DNA of 64,000 bases, from positions 33,663 to 97,662 of the forward strand of contig CAVUXD010000004.1 of NCBI GenBank assembly GCA_963745445.1, written 5' to 3'. This document shows, piece after piece, positions 12,651-24,427 of the stretch. The position numbers were made by a program, and so were the translations under genes. How positions within the stretch are numbered: position 1 is the first letter of the stretch; every line of letters begins with the position of its first letter. The notes beneath the pieces were generated by a model, which worked only from the letters and a program-made list of their open reading frames with translations, had not been told where the DNA came from and made no database searches. Origin of the DNA: an uncultured Bacteroidota bacterium (GTDB taxonomy: Bacteria > Bacteroidota > Bacteroidia > Chitinophagales > Chitinophagaceae).

Positions 12651-13676
12651 ATGAGACGTAATCTATTTACCCTAACATTTTTGCTGGCATCTTCGCTGGC
12701 ATTTTCCCAAACAGACAGCGCTTCTTACTTTCTGCAAAAAGGATTGCAGGAAAAGCAAAATGGCCGCCGGATGGAATCATATAAAAATTTCAGCAAAGCA
12801 ATTTCATATGATGGAAGCAACAAAGAAATTGTAACAGAGTATGCAACTGCCTGCTTAAATCTCCGCAAGTATAACGAGGCAAGAGAGACTTATAAAAAAT
12901 TGGTTGCTCTTGGTGATGAATCTACAGCGAATTACAAGGAACTGATGATCCTTTCATTCCACCTGAAGCAGAATGATGATGTGATCCTTTATGCGAATAA
13001 ACTGAAACAAATGGATCCATCTGAAAAAGTATATTATTATATGGCCAAGGTCAATTATGACCAGGATAATTATGGCGATGCTATTAAATACCTGAACCTT
13101 GCTGCAAAAGAAGATCCGCAAAATGCGGAAGTTCCTTACATGATTGCGCACAGTTATGCAGATATGATGAATTATAAACAAGCCATTCCATATTTTCAAA
13201 AGGCAATTGAATTAGATACTACCAAAAATTACTGGATCTATGAAATGGGTTTGATCTATTATGCAATGAATGATGATAAAAATTCTCTTAAATATATTCT
13301 TGTAGCAGGAGATAAAGGTTATAAGAAAGATACAGACTATATGGAAAACCTTGGCATCGCTTATCTCAATGTTGGCGACCTGGACAATGGCATTAGCATC
13401 ATGAATGATATTCTTCAAAAACGCCCCAGTGATATTAACATCCTTAACATGGTAGCAGAGGCTTATTATTACAAAGGAAAATACCAGGAAGCTATGGATA
13501 ACTGGGATAAAATATTGGGCTTTGATAAAACCAATGCGTCTGCATTGTACATGATCGGCATGTGTTATCAGAAGAAAGGAGATAAAGACAAAGGCATTCA
13601 GTTATGCGATAAAGCTATTGAAATGGACCCAAGCTTGTCCTCATATCGTCAGAAGAAAATGATGGCAGGCTTGTAA
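12651..13676 (+). CDS. TPR-repeat protein with signal peptide
   Basis: Intact 341-aa ORF with an N-terminal signal (MRRNLFTLTFLLASSLAFSQ) and about 8 Tyr/Ala/Asn-patterned 34-aa repeats (..YNEARETYKKL.., ..YGDAIKYLNLAAKEDPQN.., ..YQEAMDNWDKILGFDKTN..). Confidence 0.85.
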   Translation: MRRNLFTLTFLLASSLAFSQTDSASYFLQKGLQEKQNGRRMESYKNFSKAISYDGSNKEIVTEYATACLNLRKYNEARETYKKLVALGDESTANYKELMILSFHLKQNDDVILYANKLKQMDPSEKVYYYMAKVNYDQDNYGDAIKYLNLAAKEDPQNAEVPYMIAHSYADMMNYKQAIPYFQKAIELDTTKNYWIYEMGLIYYAMNDDKNSLKYILVAGDKGYKKDTDYMENLGIAYLNVGDLDNGISIMNDILQKRPSDINILNMVAEAYYYKGKYQEAMDNWDKILGFDKTNASALYMIGMCYQKKGDKDKGIQLCDKAIEMDPSLSSYRQKKMMAGL

Positions 13677-13705
13677 TTAATATCTCTATGTACTCTTAAC
13701 TAAGT

Positions 13706-13735
13706 AAGCAATCACAAAGTGGTTGCTTTTTTATT
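13706..13735 (+). terminator. Rho-independent terminator between the convergent TPR gene and argS
   Basis: AAGCAATCAC-aaa-GTGGTTGCTT forms a 10-bp stem with one G:U pair, followed by TTTTATTT. Confidence 0.6.
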
Positions 13736-13742
13736 TCGGTTA

Positions 13743-15644
13743 TTACATTCTCTCCGGCACTCTTATTCCAAGCAACTTAGTAGCAACAGCAATTACATTT
13801 GCAGTCATCATACAAAGTTGTAACCGCAATTGTTTTTTCGTAACGGATTCGGCATTCATTACAGAATGTTCAGTATAGAAAGTATTGAACAGTTTGGCAA
13901 GATTGAAAACATAGATCGCAATCACAGAAGGATTATGTTCCTCCGCTGCCTGTTCAATGATCGTAGGAAATTGTTCCAAAGAAATGATCAAATGTTTTTC
14001 CAGCTTAAAAAGATCAGCCGATTGTGTTCCCTGATTTATTTCTTCGTTTACTTTTTCTTTTCTCAAAATAGATTTGATCCTCGCATGTGTGTATTGAACA
14101 AATGGGCCGGTAAAACCATGAAAGTCGATCGACTCTTCGGGATTGAAGACCATTCTTTTTTTAGGATCCACTCTCAATAGGAAGAACTTTAAAGCGCCAA
14201 GACCAATGATATCATACAATTCCGTGAGTTCAACTGCAGAAAAATCTTTAACCTTACCTAACTCTTCCGTTTTTTGTTTGGCCACAGCTACCATTTCATC
14301 AACGATATCATCAGCATCCACCACCGTTCCTTCCCGGCTTTTCATTCTGCCCGTAGGCAATTCCACCATACCATAACTCAAATGAAATATTCCATCTGCA
14401 TAAGGCTTGCCTAATTTTTCCATGATCAGCTTCAGCACTTTCATGTGATAGTTTTGTTCGTCACCGATCACATAAATACTCTGGTCATAATGAAAGTCAT
14501 CGTATTTTTCATCTGCAAGCCCAAGGTCCTGGGTCATGTAAACGGAAGTGCCGTCTTTGCGAAGCACTAATTTTTCATCAAGCCCTTCATCAGTCAGATC
14601 GATCCAGATACTTCCATCTTCTTTTTTGAAAAAGACTCCTTGTTTCAATCCATCTTCCACAAATTTTTTTCCCAGCAGATAAGTTTCGCTTTCATAATAT
14701 ATTTTATCAAAGTCAGCGCCGATCCTTTTATAGGTGATATCAAAACCTTCATATACCCAGCCGTTCATTTTTTTCCAGAGATCGATCACTTCAGGTTTTC
14801 CTGCTTCCCAATCCAGCAGCATTTGCTGACAAAGTCTCATGTAGAAAGTGTTGCTTCGAACTGTCTCAACGATTTCTCCAAATGCTTCCTTAACCTCTTT
14901 TGTTGATTTGTCTCCAAAAGTTAAATAGTTCATGAACTTTTTTTGAACTTCATTTCTTTCCCACAGCTCAAAATCAGAATAGTCGTTACTCGACATTCTT
15001 AAAAGAATTTGATCTGATTGATTTCTAATTTCATTTTCAGCAAGTACATAATATTCCCCAACTAAATGGTCTCCTTTCATACCTGATGTTTCAGGGGTTT
15101 CACCATTCCCAAAATCCATCCAAGCTCTCATACTTTTACAAATATGAATACCCCGGTCATTAACAACACAGGTTTTCACAACTTCGTTTCCTTCTGCTTT
15201 CAGAATTTCTGCAAGACTCCATCCCAAAAAAATATTTCTCAGATGACCAAGATGCAACGGCTTATTAGTGTTGGGAGAGGAGTATTCAACGATCACTTTG
15301 TTCCCTACAGGAGATTTCAATCCAAATTTTTGATTGGAAAAATTTTCATTCAAAAAAATGATCCAGTGATTATCTGAGATTGTAAGATTTAAAAAACCTT
15401 TGATAACATTATACGATTTGAAAAATTCCGGACTCATCTTCTGTAAATAATTCCCGATCTCCTTGCCCAAATGCTCCGGTGATTTCTTTAATTCTTTGAC
15501 AAATGAAAAAAGAACAATCGTATAATCACCTTCAAATTCAGGTTTCGTAGTTGTTACGGTCAATTCCGATTCGATAAAATCTTTATCATACAGACCTTTC
15601 AATGCTCTTATTACAAATGGCTTTATCTGGTTTGCAGTAGTCAT
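13743..15644 (-). CDS. argS: arginine--tRNA ligase
   Basis: Intact ORF with class I signatures SSPNTNKPLHLGHLRN (HIGH) and GRMKSREG (KMSKS-like), and a DALR-type anticodon-binding C-terminus. The start is placed at the MTTANQ Met, codon 18 of track ORF 13743-15695. Confidence 0.95.
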   Translation of the reverse strand: MTTANQIKPFVIRALKGLYDKDFIESELTVTTTKPEFEGDYTIVLFSFVKELKKSPEHLGKEIGNYLQKMSPEFFKSYNVIKGFLNLTISDNHWIIFLNENFSNQKFGLKSPVGNKVIVEYSSPNTNKPLHLGHLRNIFLGWSLAEILKAEGNEVVKTCVVNDRGIHICKSMRAWMDFGNGETPETSGMKGDHLVGEYYVLAENEIRNQSDQILLRMSSNDYSDFELWERNEVQKKFMNYLTFGDKSTKEVKEAFGEIVETVRSNTFYMRLCQQMLLDWEAGKPEVIDLWKKMNGWVYEGFDITYKRIGADFDKIYYESETYLLGKKFVEDGLKQGVFFKKEDGSIWIDLTDEGLDEKLVLRKDGTSVYMTQDLGLADEKYDDFHYDQSIYVIGDEQNYHMKVLKLIMEKLGKPYADGIFHLSYGMVELPTGRMKSREGTVVDADDIVDEMVAVAKQKTEELGKVKDFSAVELTELYDIIGLGALKFFLLRVDPKKRMVFNPEESIDFHGFTGPFVQYTHARIKSILRKEKVNEEINQGTQSADLFKLEKHLIISLEQFPTIIEQAAEEHNPSVIAIYVFNLAKLFNTFYTEHSVMNAESVTKKQLRLQLCMMTANVIAVATKLLGIRVPERM

Positions 15645-15779
15645 CCTCTCTGAATTTGGCTGCGAAAATACGAAGCTATGAGTTCTAAACGGCACAAACG
15701 TATTCTAAAGAATAATGAAATGTTTTTCTTCTTTTGCAATTATGGTTTTGACATTTCTTCTATTACTTTTGCTTCTTTC

Positions 15780-16295
15780 ATGCGAAGGCATATACATACA
15801 GTAAGGGATTTGCTTCTTCCCATCATTGATTTCTTTTATCCTCCTTTTAAAAGAATGATGAACCTGCAGACATTCCGTTATGCAGTTTGCGGAGCTGCAA
15901 ACACAGCGCTTGGCTTTATTGTTTTCTATGTTAGTTTCAAATTCATATTTGCGGGTGAAAACCTTGATTTCGGTTTTTATGTTTTTACTCCATATACCGT
16001 GGCTCTTGTGGTTTCATTCTGCATCAGTTTTCCTTTTGGTTTCTTTTTATTGAAATATGTTGTATTCAGCGATTCGGGGCTTCGGGGCAGGGTGCAGTTA
16101 TTCCGTTATTTCCTGGTTTACCTTTTTAATTTGTTTTTGAACTATATATTATTGAAGATTACTGTAGAGATACTGCATATTTATCCCACCATTGCCCAAA
16201 TGATCGACATTGTAATCCTCGTTTTACTCAGTTATCTTTTCCAGCGGCATTTTACTTTCAGGAAGAAAACAGGACCAGAGGATATCAAAAATTAA
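15780..16295 (+). CDS. GtrA-family membrane protein
   Basis: About 171 aa counted from the MRRHIH Met, with four predicted TM helices. FRYAVCGAANTALGFIVFYV matches the GtrA-like N-terminal pattern. It is divergent from argS. Confidence 0.7.
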   Translation: MRRHIHTVRDLLLPIIDFFYPPFKRMMNLQTFRYAVCGAANTALGFIVFYVSFKFIFAGENLDFGFYVFTPYTVALVVSFCISFPFGFFLLKYVVFSDSGLRGRVQLFRYFLVYLFNLFLNYILLKITVEILHIYPTIAQMIDIVILVLLSYLFQRHFTFRKKTGPEDIKN

Positions 16296-17724
16296 TATTA
16301 GCAGTATTTACCTGCACGGATAACAATCCACTGCAATTGCTGCGCAGCACCAGGAATTGACTCATGGGATAGATGCCAATAAGATCGATGTCAGAAATAT
16401 TTCCGTAACTGCGAATACCCTTCATCCATTCCCGGTTGAGTTGTTGGTTGAGAACAGATCGGGTGGTATCAATAAAAGCGCTTAGATCAAATTTTGTATA
16501 ACTACCGATCTCATCTGTGATTTTTCTATTGAATAGCCAGGAAGCGGTCTTTAAAAATTTATCTTTTGTTTTCACATCAAAATCGAGGTCTGTTATTTCG
16601 ATGATATGAGAGATTGGATTATAGGAAGGTACTCCTGTGAAATAAGCAGTTCCTTCAGCAGAGCCACCGAAATCCACCTGTATGATCAATCGTTTATTTC
16701 CTGCGCCTATTAGTTTGCAGGATTTAACCAGGAAATTTTTTTTCACAGGTCCTTTGCCAATATCAAATTGGCGTCCATCGATCTGTTGATTCAGAATTGT
16801 GCCAAGCGAATCATAATGAAGAATGGCATCGAGGAAAACATTAAATCCGGGTTGAGTACCGAAGAAACTGATATTGGGAACAGCAGTACTTTGTTCAGTT
16901 GGTTTTTCAAAGCTGACTACGGGCCTTGCTGATAATCCTAAAAAGAGGTTCAGTGAATCATTGGCTGCAAAAAGATTGTTGATCCGTATTTGCTGCGGAT
17001 TGATCTGCAACCAACCGAGTCCATATATATTATATACATGGTTAAGTTGATCCCAAACCGTTTGGAACCTGGAACGAAGATCCACTTCACCATAAGAGCT
17101 TTCCATATTTTTCTTTGCATCATCGAGGTCGCTCTTTAATTCGTTCATCACTTGCCTGGTGATATCCTGTCCCCAAAAACAAACCTCGCATTTATTCAAA
17201 GGTTGCGGTTCCATTCTTGTGATAGAAAGACGGATTTTATAATCTGGTTGCAAACTGAAACTGTTGACAAATGAAATATTCACTTTTCGTTCGCCTTCGC
17301 TGAATCCGCATTTGCAGGGCGGTGTCCATGGTGAGATAGCAGTTCCATTAACACAGGCCCGTGAGGAGCCGATGATCTTATAATAACCTGTAAAACCGAG
17401 GTTCACTGTAGTTCCTGATGCTTTCATCTGTAAAGGGCCACGCCGAAAAGTGTATTTATATCGGGTAGCACATCCTTCCTGCACCCATTCATCCGGGTAA
17501 TTCGGTGATGTAAAAATGGTGTCAATGTTTTTTTCTGCGATGGAATAAAGTGGTTGCAGGTTGATCTGCATCGGGATGTTTATTTCAGAATTTGGAAGTG
17601 AATCGAGTTTGAAATCGGAGGCAGACAGGCTGGGCTTTGCCGGGTTGATCTTATGCGAGCAAGAAGCGGATACAAATAAAACCAGTACCAAAAAAACAAG
17701 TCCTTTTCCTTTCATGTTTTTCAT
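16285..17724 (-). CDS. lipoprotein, DUF4403-like
   Basis: Intact ORF. The start is taken at MKNMKGKGLVFLVLVLFVSASC (lipobox Cys). Its size of about 480 aa and Bacteroidota lipoprotein character fit DUF4403, but the family name is my recollection and was not searched. Confidence 0.75.
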   Translation of the reverse strand: MKNMKGKGLVFLVLVLFVSASCSHKINPAKPSLSASDFKLDSLPNSEINIPMQINLQPLYSIAEKNIDTIFTSPNYPDEWVQEGCATRYKYTFRRGPLQMKASGTTVNLGFTGYYKIIGSSRACVNGTAISPWTPPCKCGFSEGERKVNISFVNSFSLQPDYKIRLSITRMEPQPLNKCEVCFWGQDITRQVMNELKSDLDDAKKNMESSYGEVDLRSRFQTVWDQLNHVYNIYGLGWLQINPQQIRINNLFAANDSLNLFLGLSARPVVSFEKPTEQSTAVPNISFFGTQPGFNVFLDAILHYDSLGTILNQQIDGRQFDIGKGPVKKNFLVKSCKLIGAGNKRLIIQVDFGGSAEGTAYFTGVPSYNPISHIIEITDLDFDVKTKDKFLKTASWLFNRKITDEIGSYTKFDLSAFIDTTRSVLNQQLNREWMKGIRSYGNISDIDLIGIYPMSQFLVLRSNCSGLLSVQVNTANINF

Positions 17725-17792
17725 TGTCACAATAAAAATAAATAAAGAAAGGAAAAGGAATTGTGAAGAAATTAATTTCTGTAAAATCGTGA

Positions 17793-18221
17793 TCATTCAT
17801 CCATCCGGTCATAAACTTTTTGGGTTTTTACTTCCCGGAAGCCGACTGCTTTATAAAAACCATGACTTTCATCCCTGACTATATTACTGCGCACCCTGAT
17901 CTTATGAATCTTTTCCTGCTTTATCCACTTGATACCTTCCTGGATCAATAATCTTCCGATACCTTTTTGGCGATGATCGGCATCCACAACCAATCCAACA
18001 ATTTCAGCAAAGGGAGAACCAATCAATAAAACTCTTTTTTGAAACTGGATCCAACCAATAATCATTCCATCCAACTCGGCAACAAAAGCAATTTGGTTTT
18101 TATCCGAACCGATTCGATTAATGTTTTCAATTGTTTCGTCAATAGTGGTAGGATACCCGAGTTGTCCTGACAAGCGGGAAACTTCTTTGGCATCTTTTTC
18201 CAGGACAGTTCTTATCTTCAT
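17793..18221 (-). CDS. GNAT family N-acetyltransferase
   Basis: Intact 142 aa with acetyl-CoA motif A, HRQKGIGRLLIQ, and VRSNIVRDESHGFYKAVGF. Confidence 0.85.
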   Translation of the reverse strand: MKIRTVLEKDAKEVSRLSGQLGYPTTIDETIENINRIGSDKNQIAFVAELDGMIIGWIQFQKRVLLIGSPFAEIVGLVVDADHRQKGIGRLLIQEGIKWIKQEKIHKIRVRSNIVRDESHGFYKAVGFREVKTQKVYDRMDE

Positions 18222-18240
18222 GAATTCAAAATTACGAACA

Positions 18241-18657
18241 TCACATCCCTTCTTTAGGCTGTGTCATACTGAACCAATTACCGCATCCATCTTTCACAAT
18301 ACATTCTATACCGTAGAATTGTTCTTTGGGTTCTGTGATGTCAACACCTTTTGCTTTTAGTTCTTCATAAGTAGCCTTGCAATCCGGGGTATATAGGACG
18401 CCGGCACCCATTACACCTTTTTCCAACAAAAACTGGAAGGCTTTATTTACATCTTCAGCAAAACCGTTGGTACTATTAACGGGCAAAAGAATAATTTCAA
18501 GGTCAGGTTGGTCGGGTGGATTCAGTGTCAGCCAGCGAAAACCGTTATCCATCTTAACGTCTGTGTTCACTTTAAAACCTAATTTGTTTACATAAAAATC
18601 ATAAGCTTTATCCTGGTCGGAGACAAAGATCGAAGTGTGCGACATTTTAGTTATCAT
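18241..18657 (-). CDS. VOC/glyoxalase-family protein
   Basis: Intact 138 aa. HTSIFVSDQDKAYDFYVNKLGF is a typical paired beta-alpha-beta-beta-beta module start. Confidence 0.85.
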   Translation of the reverse strand: MITKMSHTSIFVSDQDKAYDFYVNKLGFKVNTDVKMDNGFRWLTLNPPDQPDLEIILLPVNSTNGFAEDVNKAFQFLLEKGVMGAGVLYTPDCKATYEELKAKGVDITEPKEQFYGIECIVKDGCGNWFSMTQPKEGM

Positions 18658-18723
18658 AAATAAATTTTAGAATGTAAATCTATGGAAGCTGAAAGATAAT
18701 TCTTTCTTGGATCTTGCTTTTGT

Positions 18724-18790
18724 TGTGAATATGCAATAGTGAATAGTGAAAAGAAATTCTGGCTTTCAAAGACCCCAATTGACTATTCAC
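18724..18790. repeat. heptamer-word hairpin (AGTGAAT)n ... GACTATTCAC at the 3' end of the AraC gene
   Basis: A TGTGAAT-ATGCAAT-AGTGAAT-AGTGAAA tract at 18724-18751 pairs with GACTATTCAC at 18781-18790. The stem is 9 bp and the loop about 32 nt. Confidence 0.6.
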
Positions 18791-19198
18791 CCAACTTATA
18801 TCTTTCAATAAAACAATGAGGAATAAATTTTTTTGGTTGCTCTTTTGCCTGTTGTTTTTTCAGCCAGGCTATATTGCGATAGTATGTGGGAGCGAAGCCG
18901 ATCTCTTTTTTGAATAAAGAACTGAATGATCCAATACTTTCAAAACCAACTTCATTGCATACATCCGATAACCGGTTTGTTCTCTGCTAAAAGTTCTTTG
19001 GCCTTATCAATTCTCTTCCGGGTGATGTATTGATGTGGGGTGCGACGATACACTTTCCGGAACAATCGGTGAAAATGAAAACGAGAAAGAAATGCCTGCT
19101 GGGATATCTGATTCCAGGTCGATTGCTTCATGAAAATTTTCGTCAATATAAATTTTTGCGATAGCTATGCGTTGATATAAGTCGGTGGTTAAATTCAT
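18783..19198 (-). pseudogene. AraC-family HTH regulator (short form), about 2 frameshifts
   Basis: MNLTTDLYQRIAIAKIYIDENFHEAIDLES.. is followed, after a shift, by ISQQAFLSRFHFHRLFRKVYRRTPHQYITRKRIDKAKELL. After a second shift it continues VGFESIGSFSSLFKKEIGFAPTYY, ending at the stop at 18783-18785. Confidence 0.65.
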
Positions 19199-19210
19199 TT
19201 CAGTAAAATT

Positions 19211-19280
19211 AGTGAATAGTGAAAAGTCAATAGTGAAAAGTGATTTGTGACATTGGCAAATTCGACTATTCACTATTCAC
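19211..19280. repeat. heptamer-word hairpin (AGTGAAT)5 ... (ATTCACT)2 between the AraC gene and the ydeI-like gene
   Basis: AGTGAAT-AGTGAAA-AGTCAAT-AGTGAAA-AGTGATT lies at 19211-19245. GTGAATAGTGAA (19212-19223) is perfectly complementary to TTCACTATTCAC (19269-19280). On the minus strand the hairpin is followed by TAATTTT, so it may terminate the ydeI-like gene. Confidence 0.65.
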
Positions 19281-19956
19281 TTAAATATTCCTCGGATTCT
19301 TCCATTGCTTGCCCAATCTTTCAATCGTTCCTTTAATTCTTTCTTTTCTTGTTTCTTCTCTTTTTGCCGTCACGATCCATTCGATGTATTCCTTTTTATT
19401 GGTAAATGAAAGTGTATTGAAATAAGTCAGATTGCTTTTTATTTTTCTTTAAAGCAGCAGCAAGATCATCCGGTAATTTCACTTCTTTGGTTTCCGGATT
19501 CACCCATTTAAAAATTTCCCTTTCCGGTTTTGGTTTGGCTTCTTTCTTTTTTTCTGCTTCTGTTTTCAACTTGCATCCAAAAGCCGACCAGGTATCATCA
19601 AATGAAATTAGACTGATCCAGGTGAGTTTATCATGTTTCATCAATCAATCCCAGCCTTTATCCCTCGTGAGGTCGGTTTGAATTTTTGAAGTTCCTTTTG
19701 GATAATAGATCCAGAGCAATCACATTCTCTTTTACAAGTTTCAATACTTTATTCATTTCTTTTTCCAGCTGTGCTTTGTTCATCACAAACCAATGCACCT
19801 GGTTGTAATCTTTTGTCTCGCATATGGCGATATCAAATTTTTACACCGGCAGGTAATGAGCCGATCATTTTTTTTAAAATCTGAGCCGGTGCATTGATTG
19901 TAAGAAGAGTAAAACCTTCTTTGATCTTCAGTTTTTCGGAAATCGATATTGGCCAT
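19281..19956 (-). pseudogene. YdeI/OmpD-associated family protein, several frameshifts
   Basis: The C-terminal frame reads KEYIEWIVTAKREETRKERIKGTIERLGKQWKNPRNI, the OmdA-type tail. Fragment 19396-19644 reads HDKLTWISLISFDDTWSAFG..KLPDDLAAALKKNKK. N-terminal pieces are readable only across frame changes. Confidence 0.55.
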
Positions 19957-20062
19957 ATTGATTTAATTATAGTTTAAAATTAAGAATCCAGCGTCAAAAT
20001 TGATCCGTTATTGAATCTTGCGAGGTTAAATCATTCGCTTCTTTAAAGCTAAAATTCTGCCA

Positions 20063-20070
20063 TATTTTTG
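20063..20070 (+). promoter_or_regulatory. candidate Bacteroidota -7 promoter box (TAnnTTTG) upstream of dnaK
   Basis: TATTTTTG lies 84 nt upstream of the dnaK ATG. Motif match only. Confidence 0.3.
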
Positions 20071-20141
20071 CATTTACCTTCCCAGGTGGCACTATCATTG
20101 TTAACCTATATAGCAACTGTCTACCGTCAGGCAGACTTTAA

Positions 20142-22101
<1,960 letters not shown>

Positions 22102-22148
22102 GAAAATTGACTAAGGGCTCAAATAGTTTAGATAATTAAAATTTGTTT

Positions 22149-22436
22149 ATGGTATTGAATATATTGTTGACTGAAGCCAATCCCCGTTATCCCCTTAAAG
22201 GAAGCACTGTAGAAATAGGAGAATTTAATTTTTTCAAAATCACCAATTTTGAAAAAAAAGGTAATTGTGCTGCTACTGCATTATATGATGGCATGAAAGG
22301 CAAACATGTAGGTGAAGCACGCCTAGAATGGAACAAAAACAAAGAAATTCCGATTGAAGGGCATACAATATTTTGGATTGAAGGAATAAATTTCCAAAAA
22401 AACGACTTTATATCTTGTAATATAGAGCTCTCCTAA
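22149..22436 (+). CDS. hypothetical protein (about 95 aa), orphan
   Basis: Intact ORF in a markedly AT-rich stretch (15/60 G+C in line 22201-22260). No recognisable motif or signal peptide. Confidence 0.4.
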   Translation: MVLNILLTEANPRYPLKGSTVEIGEFNFFKITNFEKKGNCAATALYDGMKGKHVGEARLEWNKNKEIPIEGHTIFWIEGINFQKNDFISCNIELS

Positions 22437-22453
22437 TTTTTTTTAGAAGTGTA

Positions 22454-23056
22454 TCACTTAATTTTTATTTCTTGTTGCCCTTTTACTTCGTAGATATATT
22501 TATGTGTTATTCGAGGTTTAGGATGAAGTGAATCTATAGCTGTTTCTGTTTCGAATCTCCATTTTAAATGTTCTCCGTTTATAATAGTATCCTTAAGAGT
22601 CTCCCATGGACTAAGTAAAAATGGATTTGCTTCTTTGACTGCTTTATCAAATGCTTTACTAAAATCATCATTTGGCGATGATTTTCTATTTTTTTGAACC
22701 TTATTTGAAACAACTTTATTCCGACCATCTCCCATGTCGGCAATCTCTTTTAAAGTATATGTTTTAAAAACAGAAATTTCTTTGTTGGGATACTCAATAG
22801 GCTCTGTCATTTCTTCTACTCCCAAATATTTTTCATCTCCCGGCAACAGTTCAATGGCCGATGTTTCATATTGGTACCATTTGTCGTTGGTTACTGTTGT
22901 TTTTTTAACGATAAATCTGAATTCTTTTTCGGTAGATGTATTTACTAAATAAAAATTGTTCTTCTGTCTTTTCTCAATTTTACCGGACAACTGATCACAG
23001 CCGTAAAACATTAAACAGATAACGCCCAAACAATAGGATTTAATTAAAGAAGTCAT
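22454..23056 (-). CDS. hypothetical lipoprotein (200 aa), orphan
   Basis: Intact ORF with a signal peptide and lipobox-like LMFYGC. No recognisable domain. It is convergent with 22149-22436. Confidence 0.6.
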   Translation of the reverse strand: MTSLIKSYCLGVICLMFYGCDQLSGKIEKRQKNNFYLVNTSTEKEFRFIVKKTTVTNDKWYQYETSAIELLPGDEKYLGVEEMTEPIEYPNKEISVFKTYTLKEIADMGDGRNKVVSNKVQKNRKSSPNDDFSKAFDKAVKEANPFLLSPWETLKDTIINGEHLKWRFETETAIDSLHPKPRITHKYIYEVKGQQEIKIK

Positions 23057-23335
23057 GGTTCTGAAATCGTCTAAGGATAATTATTTAATAGCTGATTAAA
23101 AGTAGGAATTATTTTTTAAAGCATAATTTTATAAGCTCATACGATATAAGAGGAAAACAAATTATTCAGAACTTTTTAAAAAATACGAATTAGCAATAGC
23201 AACCGTCAGACATGATGAATGGGATAGTATTCATCAATTAAAAAATGCAATTTATCAGTTTACGGGGTTTCTCGAAGCAAGTGTAGAATTTGTAGAGCCT
23301 TCTCTTTGTTGATGTTGGCGTCCCGCCAATATTTT

Positions 23336-24269
23336 TTATTTCAGGTATCGCTTAAACCAGTTATCAACCTCATTCATATCCGGTATTGGGTTATGTCCTT
23401 GATTTGGATTTTTGAATTCTTTGTACGGAACTCCGGCGTCCTTTAATTTTTTACACATCGTTGCAGCCTGTCTCGCCGGAACGATCGGGTCATTTTCAGA
23501 ATAATAAATTAGGAATGGCGCATCATCGTTGGTTACATAAGTAATAGGAGAGGCTTCTGCATATTTGCCCGATAAAATAAATTCATTGTTTTTTACCTCG
23601 GGCAGATTCACCAATATAATTAAGTGCCATTTTCAAATAATATTTCATATAAGGTAAGGTGTCAGAATTCTCGTCCATCTCTGATAAGACAAAGGGAGCA
23701 GCTAAGGCAACCACCGCCTGAACTTTTGAACTCACACTGTCAATTGGACTTTCAGGATGGATGATTGTTGTATCAGTAACACCGAGCATAGCGGAAAGAT
23801 TAGCGCCGGAAGAATGTCCCATGGCACCTATATGATTGGCATCAATGCCATATTCTTTCGCATTGTATCTTACAAAACGAACTGCCCGCTGGCAATCATA
23901 AAATATATCAGGGAAATGAAATCGGGGAGCAAACCGATGGTTAATAACAAAAACAGTATAGCCTTTATTGATCAAAGTTTGTATCCACTTTCCGCTATAG
24001 GCAGAGTCAAGGAAGTAATCATCTTTTAAAGGAACCTGGTTATATACTTTTTGATAAGGATCAGGAGCTCCAAAACCACTCCCAACAATATATACGATCC
24101 CCAAATGATTACTATTCTCCGGTTGATAAATGTCCATCAATAACGCCATGCCGGAGATCATGCCATATATTACATTCTCATGCTTTATCACTTTAGGGCT
24201 TTGACAGAATGTTTGCGTTGTCAAAACATTTAAAGCAATGACGAAGAAAAGTAATTGGATCTTTTTCAT
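23336..24269 (-). pseudogene. alpha/beta-hydrolase (esterase/lipase-type) with signal peptide, one frameshift near 23600
   Basis: Fragment 23583-24269 carries the GxSxG nucleophile elbow (GAMGHSSGANLS) and an HG-type oxyanion region (VGSGFGAP). Fragment 23336-23614 supplies the C-terminal Asp/His region (..SENDPIVP.., ..NQGHN..). Confidence 0.75.
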
Positions 24270-24427
24270 TTTTGAAAACAGTTAAATAAATAGTAGCCAA
24301 TACATCAATTAAAGCTATACAATAGCTTTTTCTTCTAAAATTTTAGTCGCTTCCGTGTCTTCGCATCTTGTTACTCCAACGAAGGAAGAGTCTGAGACGC
24401 TTGATCTTTCAGCGTGGCAAGATGCTT

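Noticed and set aside
18666-18682. 15-mer TTTTAGAATGTAAAT shared with 39627-39643 as a regulatory motif
   Set aside because: It is a single AT-rich 15-mer match in opposite orientation relative to the adjacent genes. That is within chance expectation for an AT-rich 64-kb window.
20121-20138. Hairpin GTCTACC-gtca-GGCAGAC in the dnaK leader as a CIRCE-like heat-shock operator
   Set aside because: It does not match the CIRCE consensus (TTAGCACTC-N9-GAGTGCTAA), and the stem is only 7 bp with a mismatch.
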